A stretch of DNA of 64,000 bases, taken from positions 172,918,001-172,982,000 of the forward strand of contig NC_042999.1 of assembly GCF_006345805.1 (NCBI RefSeq), given 5' to 3'. Position 1 is the stretch's first letter, and each line of letters opens with the position of its first letter. The stretch is from Octopus sinensis (lineage: Eukaryota). This document shows, piece after piece, positions 25,301-39,166 of this stretch. Made by a program: the position numbers and the translations under genes. The notes under the pieces were generated by a model. It ran no database searches, was not told where the DNA came from, and worked only from the letters and a program-made list of their open reading frames with translations.

Positions 25301-28300
25301 ATATTATAGTGGCTATTATATTGTCACGTTTCTATCTTTATTGTAACGTCACTTCGCATTATATGTCGTTATGAAATAATATACATTTTGCTAAATTAGT
25401 AAACCAACAAAAAGTATATTGATAGTTCAGCGAGATAAATCATATTTTTTTAAGATATTTCTCCCACAATCGATTAAACTTTTACAAGTATTCAAACCCA
25501 ATAAGCTTGTGCTCACGGATATTCAGGTGTTTCGTTGTCAACATTAAAAAAAATCGTACATTTCTGAACTATGGCCTTGGTGCATACATTTTTCGTTTGT
25601 ATTTTGGTGTACAGGAGGAGTATAGCGGCATGGTTATTTAAAATTGTTTTACTGAAATGCTTTCTGGGCACCAGTTTTATTTTAAAATATAGATCTCTTT
25701 ATATAGTTTGAGTGCGGTATAATATATTGCTGTGTCGTCTACATGAGATAGATTTCTGATTAACAATTGTTTCGATTCTACTGATTATATTCTTCACAAG
25801 ACCAGTGTTAATATAGAGAAAAGTATAACGTAAAGTACTGAATAAGTTTTCTACACATACATAATCACATTACCACCTGATTTGTATCTCTCTGTCTCTC
25901 TACACTTTCTACGTATATGCATACACACATACATACACACATAGACATGCAGACAGATAGAGAGACGATGAGAGAGATAGAGAGAGGGAGGGAGAGAGAG
26001 GCATTATAGGCATTTACTTAGATAAGTGTTGGTATGAGGTCTTTTTATTAATGCAGTCTGACAGTTGAAAGATCACATTTATTGGACGTTTTCTAAGAAT
26101 TTGGACTATTGTCAGTCGAAATCAATGTTACTATTGTATTTCAGCAATGCTCGTGGTGAGCTTTTATTGATCGTTCAATGATATTTTCATTGCAGAGACT
26201 GAGATCCACTTATAGTAAACGATACACACTGTACCATTTCAAATCTTTTATTGGTAACCAACCAATAAAATTGCGTGACAAAATAGCCATGAATTTGTGT
26301 TTTGTGGAAAACTATATTATATTCTTAAGCTTGTAAAAATTACCGTTTTGACGGCAGGATTTAATGCCACGTTCACATACAATAGACTACTGATAATAAC
26401 TCCAATGGAAAAATGATGTTAAGTATTAGAGATTTCAATGAAATCAAGTGTGTAATTTAATTTATTATTATCTCTATTTAATTGTATTTGTTTATAACAT
26501 AATAGAAAAAATAAACTGCTAAAAAGACTACAAAAAATACATTTCTAAAAATAAGTATTGCTGATATTCGTCTCCATGACACCATTAATCCTGAATATAT
26601 GATCATGTTAAGTAACATTCCATAAATTTTCATATACAATGAAAAATATTTTGCAATCTGATATTGAAAGTGAAGACTAAAAAATGTATTTATAATGATG
26701 CCAAAATAGAGAAATATTTGGATAAAAAAAGAATGAAATTAATATATGGGGTACTGTTAAATATGGCCTATAAGGATTATTAATTCCATAGAATATTTGA
26801 CGTAAGAAAATTTACCGTAATGTATATTTCATTTATTTATATTTGCTAACACACACCATGCTGGCAACTTGATTTTCACTTTCGGCTTTCACTGAAACTA
26901 TTTCTGAATAACTTATTTTGATACCTATTTAGACATATGTATATACAGATATAGACTCCGCACACACACACACACTCTCTCTCTCACTCTTTTGCTCTCT
27001 TTCTTTCTCTCTCTTTCTCTCACACACGCACACGAACACACGCGTGCACACACGCACATATTCATACACACTCAAACACAGCATAAGCACACACCGACAT
27101 ACACTTATGCACTTACAAATACATGCATATATGTATGTATATATATATATATGCATACATACACACGCATTTATATATATATATATATATACATACATGC
27201 ACACATATTTAGATATGAATATGTATCGGTAATTTCATGTGTATATAACATCGTGCATAATTGTATATCGTGTGTGCGTGCGTGCTTGCATGCGTGTGTG
27301 CGTGCGTGCTTGCATGCGTGTGTGTGTGTGTGTGGTGTGTGTGTGTGCGCGTGTGTGTTTGTGTGTGTGTACATATCCGGATGTATGATTATATATTACT
27401 GTCCCTCTACTTACCGAGAATTTACCACTTGTCGAACTAGATTTTCACAGAAGTTTTATTGCCGAATATCAGAAGGCACTTTATTCTTGTTTAAATGGCA
27501 CATGAAAACCGAGTAGGATCGTAATGAAATCTTGGTCGTAAAATATTCAACAATATTCTGTTATTTATATACATTATTTAAACATTAATATTTATGGCTT
27601 ATTTTTTCTTTTAAATTATAGCGCAGGCATATTTATCATCAGGATAACCTATAACATTTTTTGATACTGACAATGTATCCCCTAAACTTTGAATAGAGTA
27701 GTATATCACGTCGATTACTTGTTTTCAATAGCCAAATCGTATGTCCATATATAATCTCCGAAGCGGCTTGTTAGGATGATGGGGTTGCATCTGGTTTTGG
27801 CGGAATAATTTATTATAGTGTTAAAGCTATAAAGTATATCACCGTATACAGCGCTTTTCTTTCGATAAAGCTAACAAAGATAGTTAATGCTTCACTTAAT
27901 CTAGGTACTGATAATAACATGTTTTGTTATAAATAGTCTATATGAAATCGAGATAAAATAGTAAGGTGTCATGGCCTGAAAGTTTAACTGCGGAGTATTT
28001 TTAGAACAATGCGGTATAGAGTAGATTAACACTTGTTAGTTAAGAGTGCGCTAGCGTACTTAAAAATCCAATAAACTCTATTTGGTTAGAAGTAAATTTT
28101 TAGGAAAGACAACATTGTGAAATAGCTAAATGGAATAGCTGAATCGAATAGCTAAATAAATAGCTGATCAAAAAAAGCTGAGGATATTTTGAGTAGAGTT
28201 ACGCGATGAGGTGCGTAACTCAGTGATTTTGATCAAGAGTCTACTCTTCAAAATTGAGACGTCACAGCTCTGGTAACTGGAAAATTTAATTATAATGTCA

Positions 28301-28589
28301 GACATAATGAACGCAAGATGAATTGCTCAAGGCGCGCCAAATTAAAAGTAGACCAATTAGAAGATGTTTGGATAATATCCATAACGTTAGTTGGCCCAGC
28401 TTGAGAGCAAAGCCGGAAAATGCACTGACAATGCATATATCCAAGTGTGTTCATCTGTTCGCCTATTATCTAAGGCATCTCAGATGGCGAATTTCTGGAA
28501 TGTTGTTCCTTATGCCGTTAATAGATTGAATTTCGAGAATCTGTGTCTGTTTCTTTTGCTCTTTTTTCGAAAGACCTGGTATTTCTAGG

Positions 28590-29030
28590 ATTTTGTGGAA
28601 TTTGATGTGTACATCTACTAATACACCTATGATGATATGTTCAAATTAGAATTTATAGTCAGGGTACAAGAGCTGTAAGTTCCTCATTAATTCACCATAA
28701 ATATCCTCTTTGATGGTAAATTCACATCCGCTGGGCGGCTGACCTCTACAAAAACATGAATTTTGTTTCCCGTCTCATAGAAAAGTATCAGTCCTGTTAT
28801 ATTTGCACAGGATTGATGTTTTTAATGGTTTCTTCCACCAGTATTCTTTGCTTTTAAAGGTGTGAATACCTGTTGGTTCTGACATGCCCTTGATATATAC
28901 GTTAGAGCAAACCTTTCGATGGATGGCGTTGTAGATAGTCATTGCAACTATATCATGCCTCAGGAGCAGATAGTATCTCATAGACATTTTGGGCCTGTTG
29001 CTAATGATGTGGGTAATACCTTCCAACTAC
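28590..29030 (-). pseudogene. Old R4-clade endonuclease-domain relic
   Basis: EGITHIISN..RHDIVAMTIYNAI..EYWWKKPLKTSILCKYNRTD, then across a frameshift VFVEVSRPADVNL and YGELMRNLQLLYPDYKF..IIIGVL, the same domain order as copies 1 and 2. Confidence 0.7.
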
Positions 29031-31010
29031 TATAGCAGTGCACATATTTTATATTGCAACTTCGAAGTTTGGTGACATTTTTGTGTGTCTTGTTTATCAA
29101 CTATTCATTGTTGATATAACATGCTCCATTATGTGTATTTGCATGTATGTATGTATGTTTGTATGCATGTATGTATGCATGCATGTGTGTGTGTGTGTAT
29201 GTATGGGAGGAAGGACGACGTTCTCAAGCTTTTCGTAATACTAATGAAACTGGTTGGAGTAAGAGGGAGCGTTATCCTCAGACCAGAAAACTTCTTGAAT
29301 TATCGACAGCACAATCAGATAAAATAAGTTACCACAGAAATTTTAGTATATCCGACGGAGAAAAAAAAATATTCATTGTCTTTGAAGAAGGAATTTTGCA
29401 TCCAATGATTGGGCCAATTTGCAAACATGGTAGAACACTCTAGGTGTTATGCGGTGGAAGTGTATTCTGATCGGAGTGAGTTTGAATCAGATGCCTTTAC
29501 CTAACCGGCATGTTTTAAACTTTTGCTAATAATCAGACTCCAAGGTTCTAACTGGCGCATACGTGCTGATATGTACCGACAATTGGACGATATGGGAGTA
29601 CGTAAGTAATACCTTTCTCATGAAAACTTAGAAGTATTTCTAATATTTTCATGGTACAGAAATGCGATATTTTCACATTGTTCCGTTATTAAACTATTTC
29701 AATAGAGATGATGTGGTTCATGTTGCTTACATCCGTGCAATATCATAAATATATATTAAGTATTGATAACTGATATCTCTGAGAGATAACCATACCAAGG
29801 ATTATTAGAACATACTTCAGATATTGAGAAATATTCCTAAGCGTTCGCAGTTGTTAATATATTGAATATCAATTCACTAGAAATCAATATAGAACATATG
29901 AACATATCAACTAGAAAGCTTTGGCAGAAGATAGATTTAATACTCTCATACACTCGAATGTACGCATACACACATAATAATGCGTGAGTGTGATAACGTG
30001 TGTGTGTGTGTGTGTGTAGTATATTTTACGTTTGTACGAAAGTTGATTATTCCTCACGATTCAGCAACAACAACTAATACTTAGATGTCTAAATGTCGAA
30101 GGTGAGGTGGCGTTAATAAGATTATAATTATTCGCACTATTAGCCACATCATTAAGTATGATATTTGTTTAAATATTTACTTCTACACTACATATTAATC
30201 GGTTTGATCTTCAATCGTCATCAGGTATCTTATTCCCGACTGATGTGTAGGATGGTGGTAAATATTAGGAGGTGATTAATATATAAAAATGAGGTTAATA
30301 GTCCGAAAAATTATAATCTAATTAAGAATTAATACTCATGGGTTCTCATTAATTGGCAGTAATTTTAATTACAACAATAAAATGACTACATTCCTGCAAA
30401 ATCGCCTAAGAATATTAACGTATAAGACCGTTGCTCATAGATATTAAATATTCGTGTGTATGCGTATATGTTTGATAGATTCAGATATATATGTGTGTGT
30501 ATACATATACATAAATGCATACATGCACGAACACACTCACACCCACATATATATCCATATATGTATATACGTGTGCATCTATGTGTATAGAAATATATAT
30601 AGGTACATATACATAAACAGACACGCATATGCCTTTTATAAATAAAATGAGACAACAAAGCCAATGTAGAGTGAGATTTCTAGGACATTTTATAAAGAGA
30701 AGGACAGTCTTACAGCTGTTTCAGAGATATAAAAGATGATCTCGGCATCAGAGACGATATGAGAGAGTTATACAGAAGGAAATAGTAGAGTTCAATATAA
30801 GAGGTTATTTTTAAAATGGAGAGATATAGGAAGTATAAAGGGAAACATAAGAATAGAAATAAAGATATATCTTGGATATTAAACTTGATGTAGAATGGGT
30901 AAAAAGGCTTCTTATCCATGGTATGTAAGACCCGATAGGAACTTATATATAATACACACAAGGACGCACATACAAACGCACGCACGCACGAATACACACA
31001 CAGACACATA

Positions 31011-31054
<44 letters not shown>

Positions 31055-31084
31055 TGCACACACATATACACACATATCCTTTGA

Positions 31085-31140
31085 GGTAGTGCTCCAGCAT
31101 GGCCGCAGTCAAATGAGTGAGACAAGTGAGTCGATAAAAG
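31085..31140 (+). mobile_element. SINE family A 3' tail fragment
   Basis: gtgctccagcatggccgcagtcaaatgagtgagacaagt. Confidence 0.7.
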
Positions 31141-31299
31141 AGAACAACAATACAATACTGCAAACACACGCACATATACATATATGTGTACACCATATAT
31201 GTATATGTATATTGTGTATGTGTGTGTGTTTGTGTGTGTGTGTATATATACACATATATATATATACACACACACACACATATATATATATATACATAT

Positions 31300-31342
<43 letters not shown>

Positions 31343-31345
31343 ATG

Positions 31346-31575
31346 TACATAATTATAACAAGGGATTGGCTATAAGCCTCTCCGCGTGCTAGAAATAGAC
31401 GCCAAAAGACATTAATACCATCTTAAAAAGCATGGGCTCTAGTCGAGCAAAAGTCGTTTCATCGACTACAGCCCATGTTTTATTTTTGGGAGTTTGAAGG
31501 TGGTATTAGCATCTTTTGACGTCTATTTCTAGCGCGTGGAGAGGCTTATAGCCAATCCCTTGTTATAATTATGTA
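31346..31575. repeat. Fold-back element with ~79-bp outer arms and an inner 20-bp stem, TA-flanked
   Basis: 31346-31424 pairs with 31497-31575 (ataacaagggattggctataagcctctcc / ggagaggcttatagccaatcccttgttat); inner catgggctctagtcga / tcgactacagcccatg. Confidence 0.92.
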
Positions 31576-31671
31576 TATAAATATATTTGTATAATTCACC
31601 TATAAGGTTCTTATTTCTGCGCTGCCCCCTTAGTAAAATCATTATGATTTTTACTCTTTATTATATATATA

Positions 31672-31728
<57 letters not shown>

Positions 31729-31866
31729 CATAAATACATACATGCATACTGACATATACATGAATGCACAACACACACACAAACATATAAGCACTAATAT
31801 ATACATGTGTATACACATTGATACAACTACATGTACATATATGTATATATATATATATGCACGTAT

Positions 31867-31919
<53 letters not shown>

Positions 31920-31921
<2 letters not shown>

Positions 31922-34446
31922 GGCAGTGGAATCGCTTCTTGACTTCATGGATGACTTCTTCTTGTCCCAACTGGTACTCGAACCAACGAGATGTCACAAA
32001 AACGTCTTAGACTTAATTTTAAGCAATCACACTGATACTATCCACAATATTGCAGTGGAGAAAACCCTACTCTCCGACCATGACATGGTTCTCTGTGATC
32101 TGAGATTTCACTGGCCAAAATGCAAAACAAATGTCATCCCTCCTGTTCATCCATTTGACACTATGGATTTCCACAATGCAAACTGGGAAGCGATCAATAA
32201 TGATCTTGCACAAGTCGATTGGTCCTTCACGCACACATACACACCCACTAACATCAAAAAGTCCTGGCAGTCACTTGTAGACACCATCACGAACATATGT
32301 GCAAGACACACCCCATTAAGATCTGCAAACAAATCTAAGTGTCGAATCCCTAGAAATAGAAAATCTCTCATAAGGAAAATTAAAAGAATCAACAAAAAGA
32401 TCAACATGCTGAAATACTGTCAACAGCAACACACCAACCTGACTGCCATCTCGTCGCTAGAGATTAAAAAACATAAACTCCAAAACAACATGATGTCTAT
32501 CATCAATAGTCAGCGAAGAGCTGAAGAGACCTGGGCCATTGAGAAGATCAAACTCAATCCCAAAGTGTTCTTTTCATTTGCAAAAAAACACAGAGTCACT
32601 GGTTCTACTGTTGGCCCTCTGATTGATGAAAATGGTACTCTTCAAGACAATGCCAAAACCATGGGAGAGATATTGCAGAAACAATATTGCTCTGTTTTCA
32701 GCAATCCTGATATGACTGATCTGGGCTGTATCAGTGATGTTACTCCCCAATACACTTTATCGGACATAACATTTGGCGCTCCTGATGTCTTAGCAGCAAT
32801 AAAGGAAATGAAGCATAATTCAGCAGTAGGTCCCGATAGGTTCCCTGCTTGTGTCTTGAAGATGTGTCAAAACCAACTTGCACCCCCTCTAGCCAATCTG
32901 TGGCGGAACTCACTGGATGCTGGATATATACCAGAAGACCTACTATCCCAGTCTGTTGTCCCAGTTTTCAAAAAAGGAAACAAATCGCTTGCCGTGAATT
33001 ACCGTCCAATCTCACTCACCTCTCATATCATCAAGGTATTTGAGAGGGTGCTGAGATCGCGTATGACTTACTTCCTTGAGAGTCATAATATACTGAACCC
33101 CAACCAGCATGGATTCCGTAATGGGAAAGATTGCCTGACGCAGCTACTGCATCATTTTGATGACATTTTGAGAGCCTTGGGAGAAGGTTCCAACACTGAT
33201 GTCATCTACCTTGATTTCAGCAAGGCCTTTGACAGGGTTGATCATAAGATCCTTCTGAGAAAGCTGTCCAATATTGGTGTCACTGGAAAGCTGCTGCAGT
33301 GGATCAAGTGCTTCCTGTCTAACAGAACCCAACATGTTGTAGTCGAAGGAGTCAAATCCAGCCCAGCCAAAGTCACCAGTGGTGTCCCACAAGCACTGTG
33401 TTGGGCCCACTTCTCTTCATCATCTACATAAATGATATTACTGACACCATCAAGCACAGTAACATCAGAAACTTCGCTGATGATTCCAAGCTCCAGAAGG
33501 TCATCAATGGCGTGGATGACCGAATAAACCTTCAGTCAGACCTACTGGCTGTTGTCCAATGGGCGGAAAAGAATAACATGTTGCTAAATGAAGACAAATT
33601 CGAACTGATCCACTTTGGAAGGGAGGACGCTCTGAAACTCCAATACTCTCTTCCTTCTGGAGAAATTCTCATGGCATCCAACAACGTCAGAGACCTGGGA
33701 GTAACAGTGGACAACAACATAAGCTGGGCTACACATATAATCAGCAAAGTTGACATGGCCCGCAGAATGTGTTCCTGGATTCTCAGAACCTTCCAGTCGA
33801 GAGATTCCCACGCTATTATCCTTCTCTTCTCCACTTTTGCCCGACCCCACCTTGAATACTGCTGTCCACTGTGGTCTCCCTACACAAAGGAAAATATTAT
33901 GAGAATTGAAGCTCCCCAAAGGTCAATCACAAAAAAGATAGATGGCATGTCAGACCTTGACTACTGGGGTGGACTAGAGAAGCTGAAATTGTATTCACTC
34001 CAACGACGCCGTGAACGCTACATTATCTGTATGATGTGGAAAATATTCCATCAGCACTGTCCGAATGATGTTGGCATCACCTTCAAAATGCATCCAAGTC
34101 TTGGACCACGTGCCATCCGTCCACAACAAAAATCTAAATCGCATCACATAACGACAATACGGCACAACTATTTCACCTCAATTGGACCCGCTCTCTTCAA
34201 CATTACACCAGGACACGTCAAAAAAGAAACTGACCACACAAAATTCAAGAAGTCTTTGAACAAATTCCTTCAAACAGTACCGAACAAACCACCCACACCC
34301 GGATATGTCTCCGCAAACAATAACTCTCTGCTCGAATGGGCCTTGGTGCCCAAATCCTGAACTGAAAGACTTCGCCAGGTGGTGCTATTAAGTTAGACAT
34401 GGCCTGGGCCAATACTGGCCAAAACATTTCTAAGTTATTCTAAGTC

Positions 34447-34447
<1 letters not shown>
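31920..34447 (+). mobile_element. 5'-truncated CR1-group LINE (ORF2: end of APE domain + reverse transcriptase) with short 3' UTR
   Basis: [80 protein letters not shown]. One -1 frameshift near 33393 splits ORFs 31920..33431 and 33398..34360. Embedded in (TA)n. Confidence 0.95.
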
Positions 34448-34477
<30 letters not shown>

Positions 34478-34845
34478 TATCTATATATATTATATTATAT
34501 GTATGTATGTATGTATATATATGTATGTATGTATGTATATATATGTATGTATGTATGTATATATATATATGTATGTTGTATTATATATATGTATGTATGT
34601 ATATATAATATATGTATGTATGTATATTATATATGTATGTATGATATATATATATATGTATGTATTTGTAATATATATATGTATGTATGTATGTTATATA
34701 TATTATGTATGTATGTATATATATATGTATGTATGTATATATGTATGTATGTATGTATATATATATATGTATGTATGTATGTATATATATATATATATAT
34801 ATATATAGTTATGTATGTATATGTATATATACATATATACACACA
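34448..34845. repeat. Compound (TA)/(TATG) microsatellite
   Basis: Directly visible. Confidence 0.95.
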
Positions 34846-35100
34846 AGAAAAACATCTCATGTACATTATATAATGAAGGTGATTTTACTATTCGAATTTT
34901 ATAACAAAAATTTCACATCACGTCGCATTTTCTTGTAAATTACCGACTGAACAACTATGCAATTTGTACCAATTTGCAGATTACCACAAATGTATTTCGT
35001 TCCGAATGTGAGATTAAATATGTCCATTGTAATTAATTTATAAATGCAGAATGAATAGGTATGTTTGTTAGCACTATATAATGTATTAATCTACATTTCA

Positions 35101-36400
35101 TTATTTATTTCCTCGTTTTGAAGATATCTCAGGTGTGTCACGCTTCAGGTTCCAGCAGAAGTCAGCCAGCATTTCTGAGCTCCATTTTCCCTTATACCTA
35201 TTTGCTATCGACGCTATATCTTGATGGAGCCTCTTTGCACGTTCATTACTCACATCTCCTGCATTCTCTGGGAAGAAGGAGAGATGAGAACGAAGAAAGT
35301 GTATCTTCAGTGGAATATTGCATCCGAGATCTTGGCAGGACTTGAATCTCACTTGGTCACTTGGTACTTTCTTTGCACATATCTGTGAATGCATACCAGG
35401 CCGCTAGTTCAGTTTCATTAATTGTCGCCTCGAAGACCCCATCTGTTATAAGTTAACGAATCTGAAGGCCTGCAAGTATGCCCTCTTTAATCCTGGCATC
35501 ATTTATTTTAAGCAAGATCGCCTTGTGTTACTGGAAATATCGTTTGTTATGTTGCAGTGGTTTGTTAAATTGCTTCACTAGGCCTAGTTTTACATGCAGC
35601 GGTGGCAAAATGATTTTCTCCTTCTTAACTAGTTGCTCATGGTTTATATTATGGCATTCAGGCGTCATAGTTTCCCAAGGTGGCCATTCTGAGCGTACAT
35701 AATGTTCTGATCTTTGCAAAGGAAACACATATATTTAGTGTGTCCAGTTTGTAGCCCATTATGTAGAGCTACTGTTTTCAAGTCTGTACAAACTAGCCAC
35801 TCATGCTCCTTATACCTTATGTTGTCTAGAATAAAAGCGAGGTTCCCATTTGTCTCTCTTAGAATGACTGAGTGAGCAATTGGAACTGAAGACATGGTGC
35901 TTCCAATGTGTAACAGAACAGCTTTTTATGCTATAAAGGGAAATATCTATGAATAGCCTCCACTCATTTGTTTCATAGGTCAGCTCGAAGGCATTGCATA
36001 AATCTCTATCATTACAATAAATTAAGATGTTTTCTTCAAATTGAAGAATTGCTGTAGATCTGCAGAATGCTTCCTAGATACTGTAATTGAAGCATCTTTA
36101 TCCAACAAGTTCCATTGTCGCAGACGTGAAGCCAGGATTTCACTCTATTGCCAATTAAGTGTTAAATCACAAACTAGATCATAGAGTTGAGGTTAGGTGA
36201 TGAGGTGCCGTTTCTTGTCAGATACATCATGGATTTGGACCCATTTAACTGTAAAAGTATTCAGTGTACTTTTATAATTTTCATAGGTTAGGTTTATAAT
36301 TTCATAGGTTAGGTTTACAAATAGCTTAGGAACACCACATTAAAACTATATTAAAATCTGTTCATAATTTTTAGTGTTGTCAGTTTCAACCCAATCTTGT
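35101..36400 (-). mobile_element. Chapaev3-like (CMC superfamily) DNA transposase relic
   Basis: Frameshifted pieces EILASRLRQWNL, SVPIAHSVILRET..WLVCTDLKTVALHNGLQTGHTKYMCFLC, ILPPLHVKLGLVKQF and LKIHFLRSHLSFFPENAGDVS..HQDI..RYKGKWSSEMLADFCW match the Chapaev3 transposase motif order as I recall it. Confidence 0.8.
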
Positions 36401-36570
36401 TTGCACTCAATTTCTACAGAATTATCAGTGTGTTTAACATAAGGTGGAAATGTACGAGAAACTGTAGGGTCACAGTAAGAAAAGGGTGTTATATACGTGA
36501 TATACACACAAAATACCCCTAGAAAAGGTTATCCTCATTTCGTTTTTTGTCATTGTTATACAAAAATAAT

Positions 36571-36650
<80 letters not shown>

Positions 36651-37023
36651 ATATAATATATTATAATATAATATATATCGGTATATGTGTCTGTGCATGC
36701 ATATATGTGTGCATATGTATATGCATGTGTATATATATATATGAGTAACTATAAGGGTGTCTGGATATGTCGCTATGTATGCTTCTACATAGCCTATACG
36801 TTATGACACCCTTTTCGACCTCTAACTGACCAACCTATAATTATTCATTTTTATCTTTGATTTACTTTATTCTCCTACATCCACTTTTTGCATACACACA
36901 CATGTGTATATGAATGAGTATGTATGTATGAGTATATGTACATGGATATATATGCATGTGTGATTGTATATCTGTGTACAGCTGTATGTATGTCTACATG
37001 CATATATGTGTGTGTGTGTGCGC

Positions 37024-37054
<31 letters not shown>

Positions 37055-37193
37055 TGTTCGTTTGTTCGTACTTCCACGTTCCTACATATACAATGAATAA
37101 CAAAGAGAAGTTTCGAAACCATTTTCAAGCGAGAAACTCAAAACACAGTCATGATTTTGCAAATACCTGATGATTTATAAACATCTAAATATT

Positions 37194-37440
37194 CTGGCTT
37201 ATTGGTTAGGTTGTCAGCACCATGATCGTAAGATTGTGGTTTCGATTCCTGGACCGGGCGTCGCGTAGTGTTCTTGAGCAAAACACTTCACTTCACGTTG
37301 CTCCAGTCCACTCAGCTGGCAAAAATGAGTAACACGGCTATGGACTGGCGTCTCGTCCAGCTACGGAACACATACGCCATAGAAACCGGGAAACCGGGCC
37401 CATGAGCCAGTCTAGGCTTTAAGAAGAGCGTATTTATTTA
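37194..37440 (+). mobile_element. tRNA-derived SINE with V-domain-like segment
   Basis: Head tggcttattggttagg..gtttcgattcctgg, central gtgttcttgagcaaaacac, and atggactggcgtctcgtccag resembling the V-SINE core motif. Confidence 0.7.
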
Positions 37441-37444
37441 TTTT

Positions 37445-37822
37445 TTAAATATTCTTTTCTACTCTAGGCACAAGGCCCGAAATTTCTGGCGAGGGAGATA
37501 ATCGATCAGATAGACTCCAGTATGCAACAACTTTTTAATTTATTGACCCCGAAGTGGGGATGGCAAATTCGACTTCGGCTGAATTTGAAATCAAAACGTA
37601 AAGACAGGTGAAATACCTATTTCTTTATTACCCACAAAGGGCTAAACACAGAGGGGACAAACAAGGACAGACAAACGGATTAAGTCGATTATAGTGCGTA
37701 ACTGGTACTTAATTTATCGACCCCGAAAGGATGAAAGGCAAAGTCGACCTCGGCGGAATTTGAACTCAGAACGTAACGGCAGGCGAAATACCGCCAAGCA
37801 TTTCGCTAAGGTATCTGCTAGC
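37445..37822 (-). mobile_element. Dimeric SINE family B, reverse orientation
   Basis: actggtacttaatttatcgaccccgaaaggatgaaaggcaaagtcgacctcggcggaatttgaactcagaacgtaacggcag is the reverse complement of the B core. Confidence 0.85.
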
Positions 37823-37947
37823 CTTATAAACATCATCTAAATATTAAAGACGAAAACTCATCAGAGAATCCATCTGTTCATTTTCTCAAATATATATGTA
37901 TGTGTGTGTGTGTGTTTGTGTGTTTGTGTGTTTGTGTGTGTGTGTGT

Positions 37948-37993
<46 letters not shown>

Positions 37994-38552
37994 TATACGT
38001 AAATATAAACACACCATACGCCACATACTCTAGATCTAAAAGGAAGTAATAAAATGAAATAACACCTCTTGACCGTATCTGCTACTAAACTTCACCCATT
38101 TTTAATAGAATGGTTTTTATTCATGGTAGCTATTACTGCTAAATATTTCTGCAAACTTTATCGTACTAATAAAGAGTCGAATAATTTTGCAACCATACAC
38201 TCATATACATACATTCATGTATACACACGCGCACGCACACATACACATATACATATACGTATATATGCATATCTATATCCGAGTAAGATATATATTTATG
38301 AATACATGTGTATACATACATATATACATACATACTTACATACATATGTATATATATATATATATGTGTGTGTGTGTTATGTGTCTTAATAGTTGTAAAG
38401 GACGTTTCGTTAAATAGTGAAGTTTGGGATCCTGATACAAAAATGTTATTGCTATTTCGCCACCTATACTTATATATGCACGTATGCAACGCAGTATAAC
38501 TCTCACTTTCTTTCTCTCTCACTCTATCAATTATCTCTCTCTCTCTCTTCTC

Positions 38553-38634
<82 letters not shown>

Positions 38635-39025
38635 GTATGTATTGATATCCCTCGTATTCTCGCCTACTCATTTTGTCACCTCTTCTCTCCCCCTTTCTCT
38701 ATCTCTTACGAACACAACCTAATCATTGCATTGAAACACGAACTTTAAACTTTGTTACGCTCACCTCGTGAAAACGTGCACTGATATTTTTCAGTAAAAC
38801 ATTTTCTTTATTTGAACATAACTTTGTATCCTGAATTTCATAGATGTACATATGTTTGTACCACATGCATAAACACACACACACAAACACACACGCACGC
38901 ACATATAAACACACATATATTTATATATGCATATATATATACATGTTTACCACTCTAGATAGCAATGCCTCTCATATCTTCACTATATGCATATATATGC
39001 ATATATATATATATATATATTGAAG

Positions 39026-39166
39026 TATTGTCAGTACAGTTTCATCAGAGCTTGTGCCTTAGGTCCGCTTCGAATTAAACTGGATGAAGAAAGAATTTGT
39101 TGTTTAGGGTTCAGTAGAAGGTTGCTATTAGTAGGAGCTTCACCTGGGGTTCACCCCCTACCATAG
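39026..39166. repeat. Unassigned dispersed repeat X, copy 1
   Basis: cagagcttgtgccttaggtccgcttcgaattaaactggatgaagaaagaatttgttgtttagggttcag is nearly identical to 40308-40375. Confidence 0.85.

Noticed and set aside
29200-29443. ~80-codon non-repetitive open frame
   Set aside because: No recognisable domain, its start lies in a microsatellite, and there are no convincing splice sites.
30195-30232. Minus-strand CTGATGA-c-gat/atc-AAAC motif
   Set aside because: G12 is missing and helix I does not pair; too degenerate to call.
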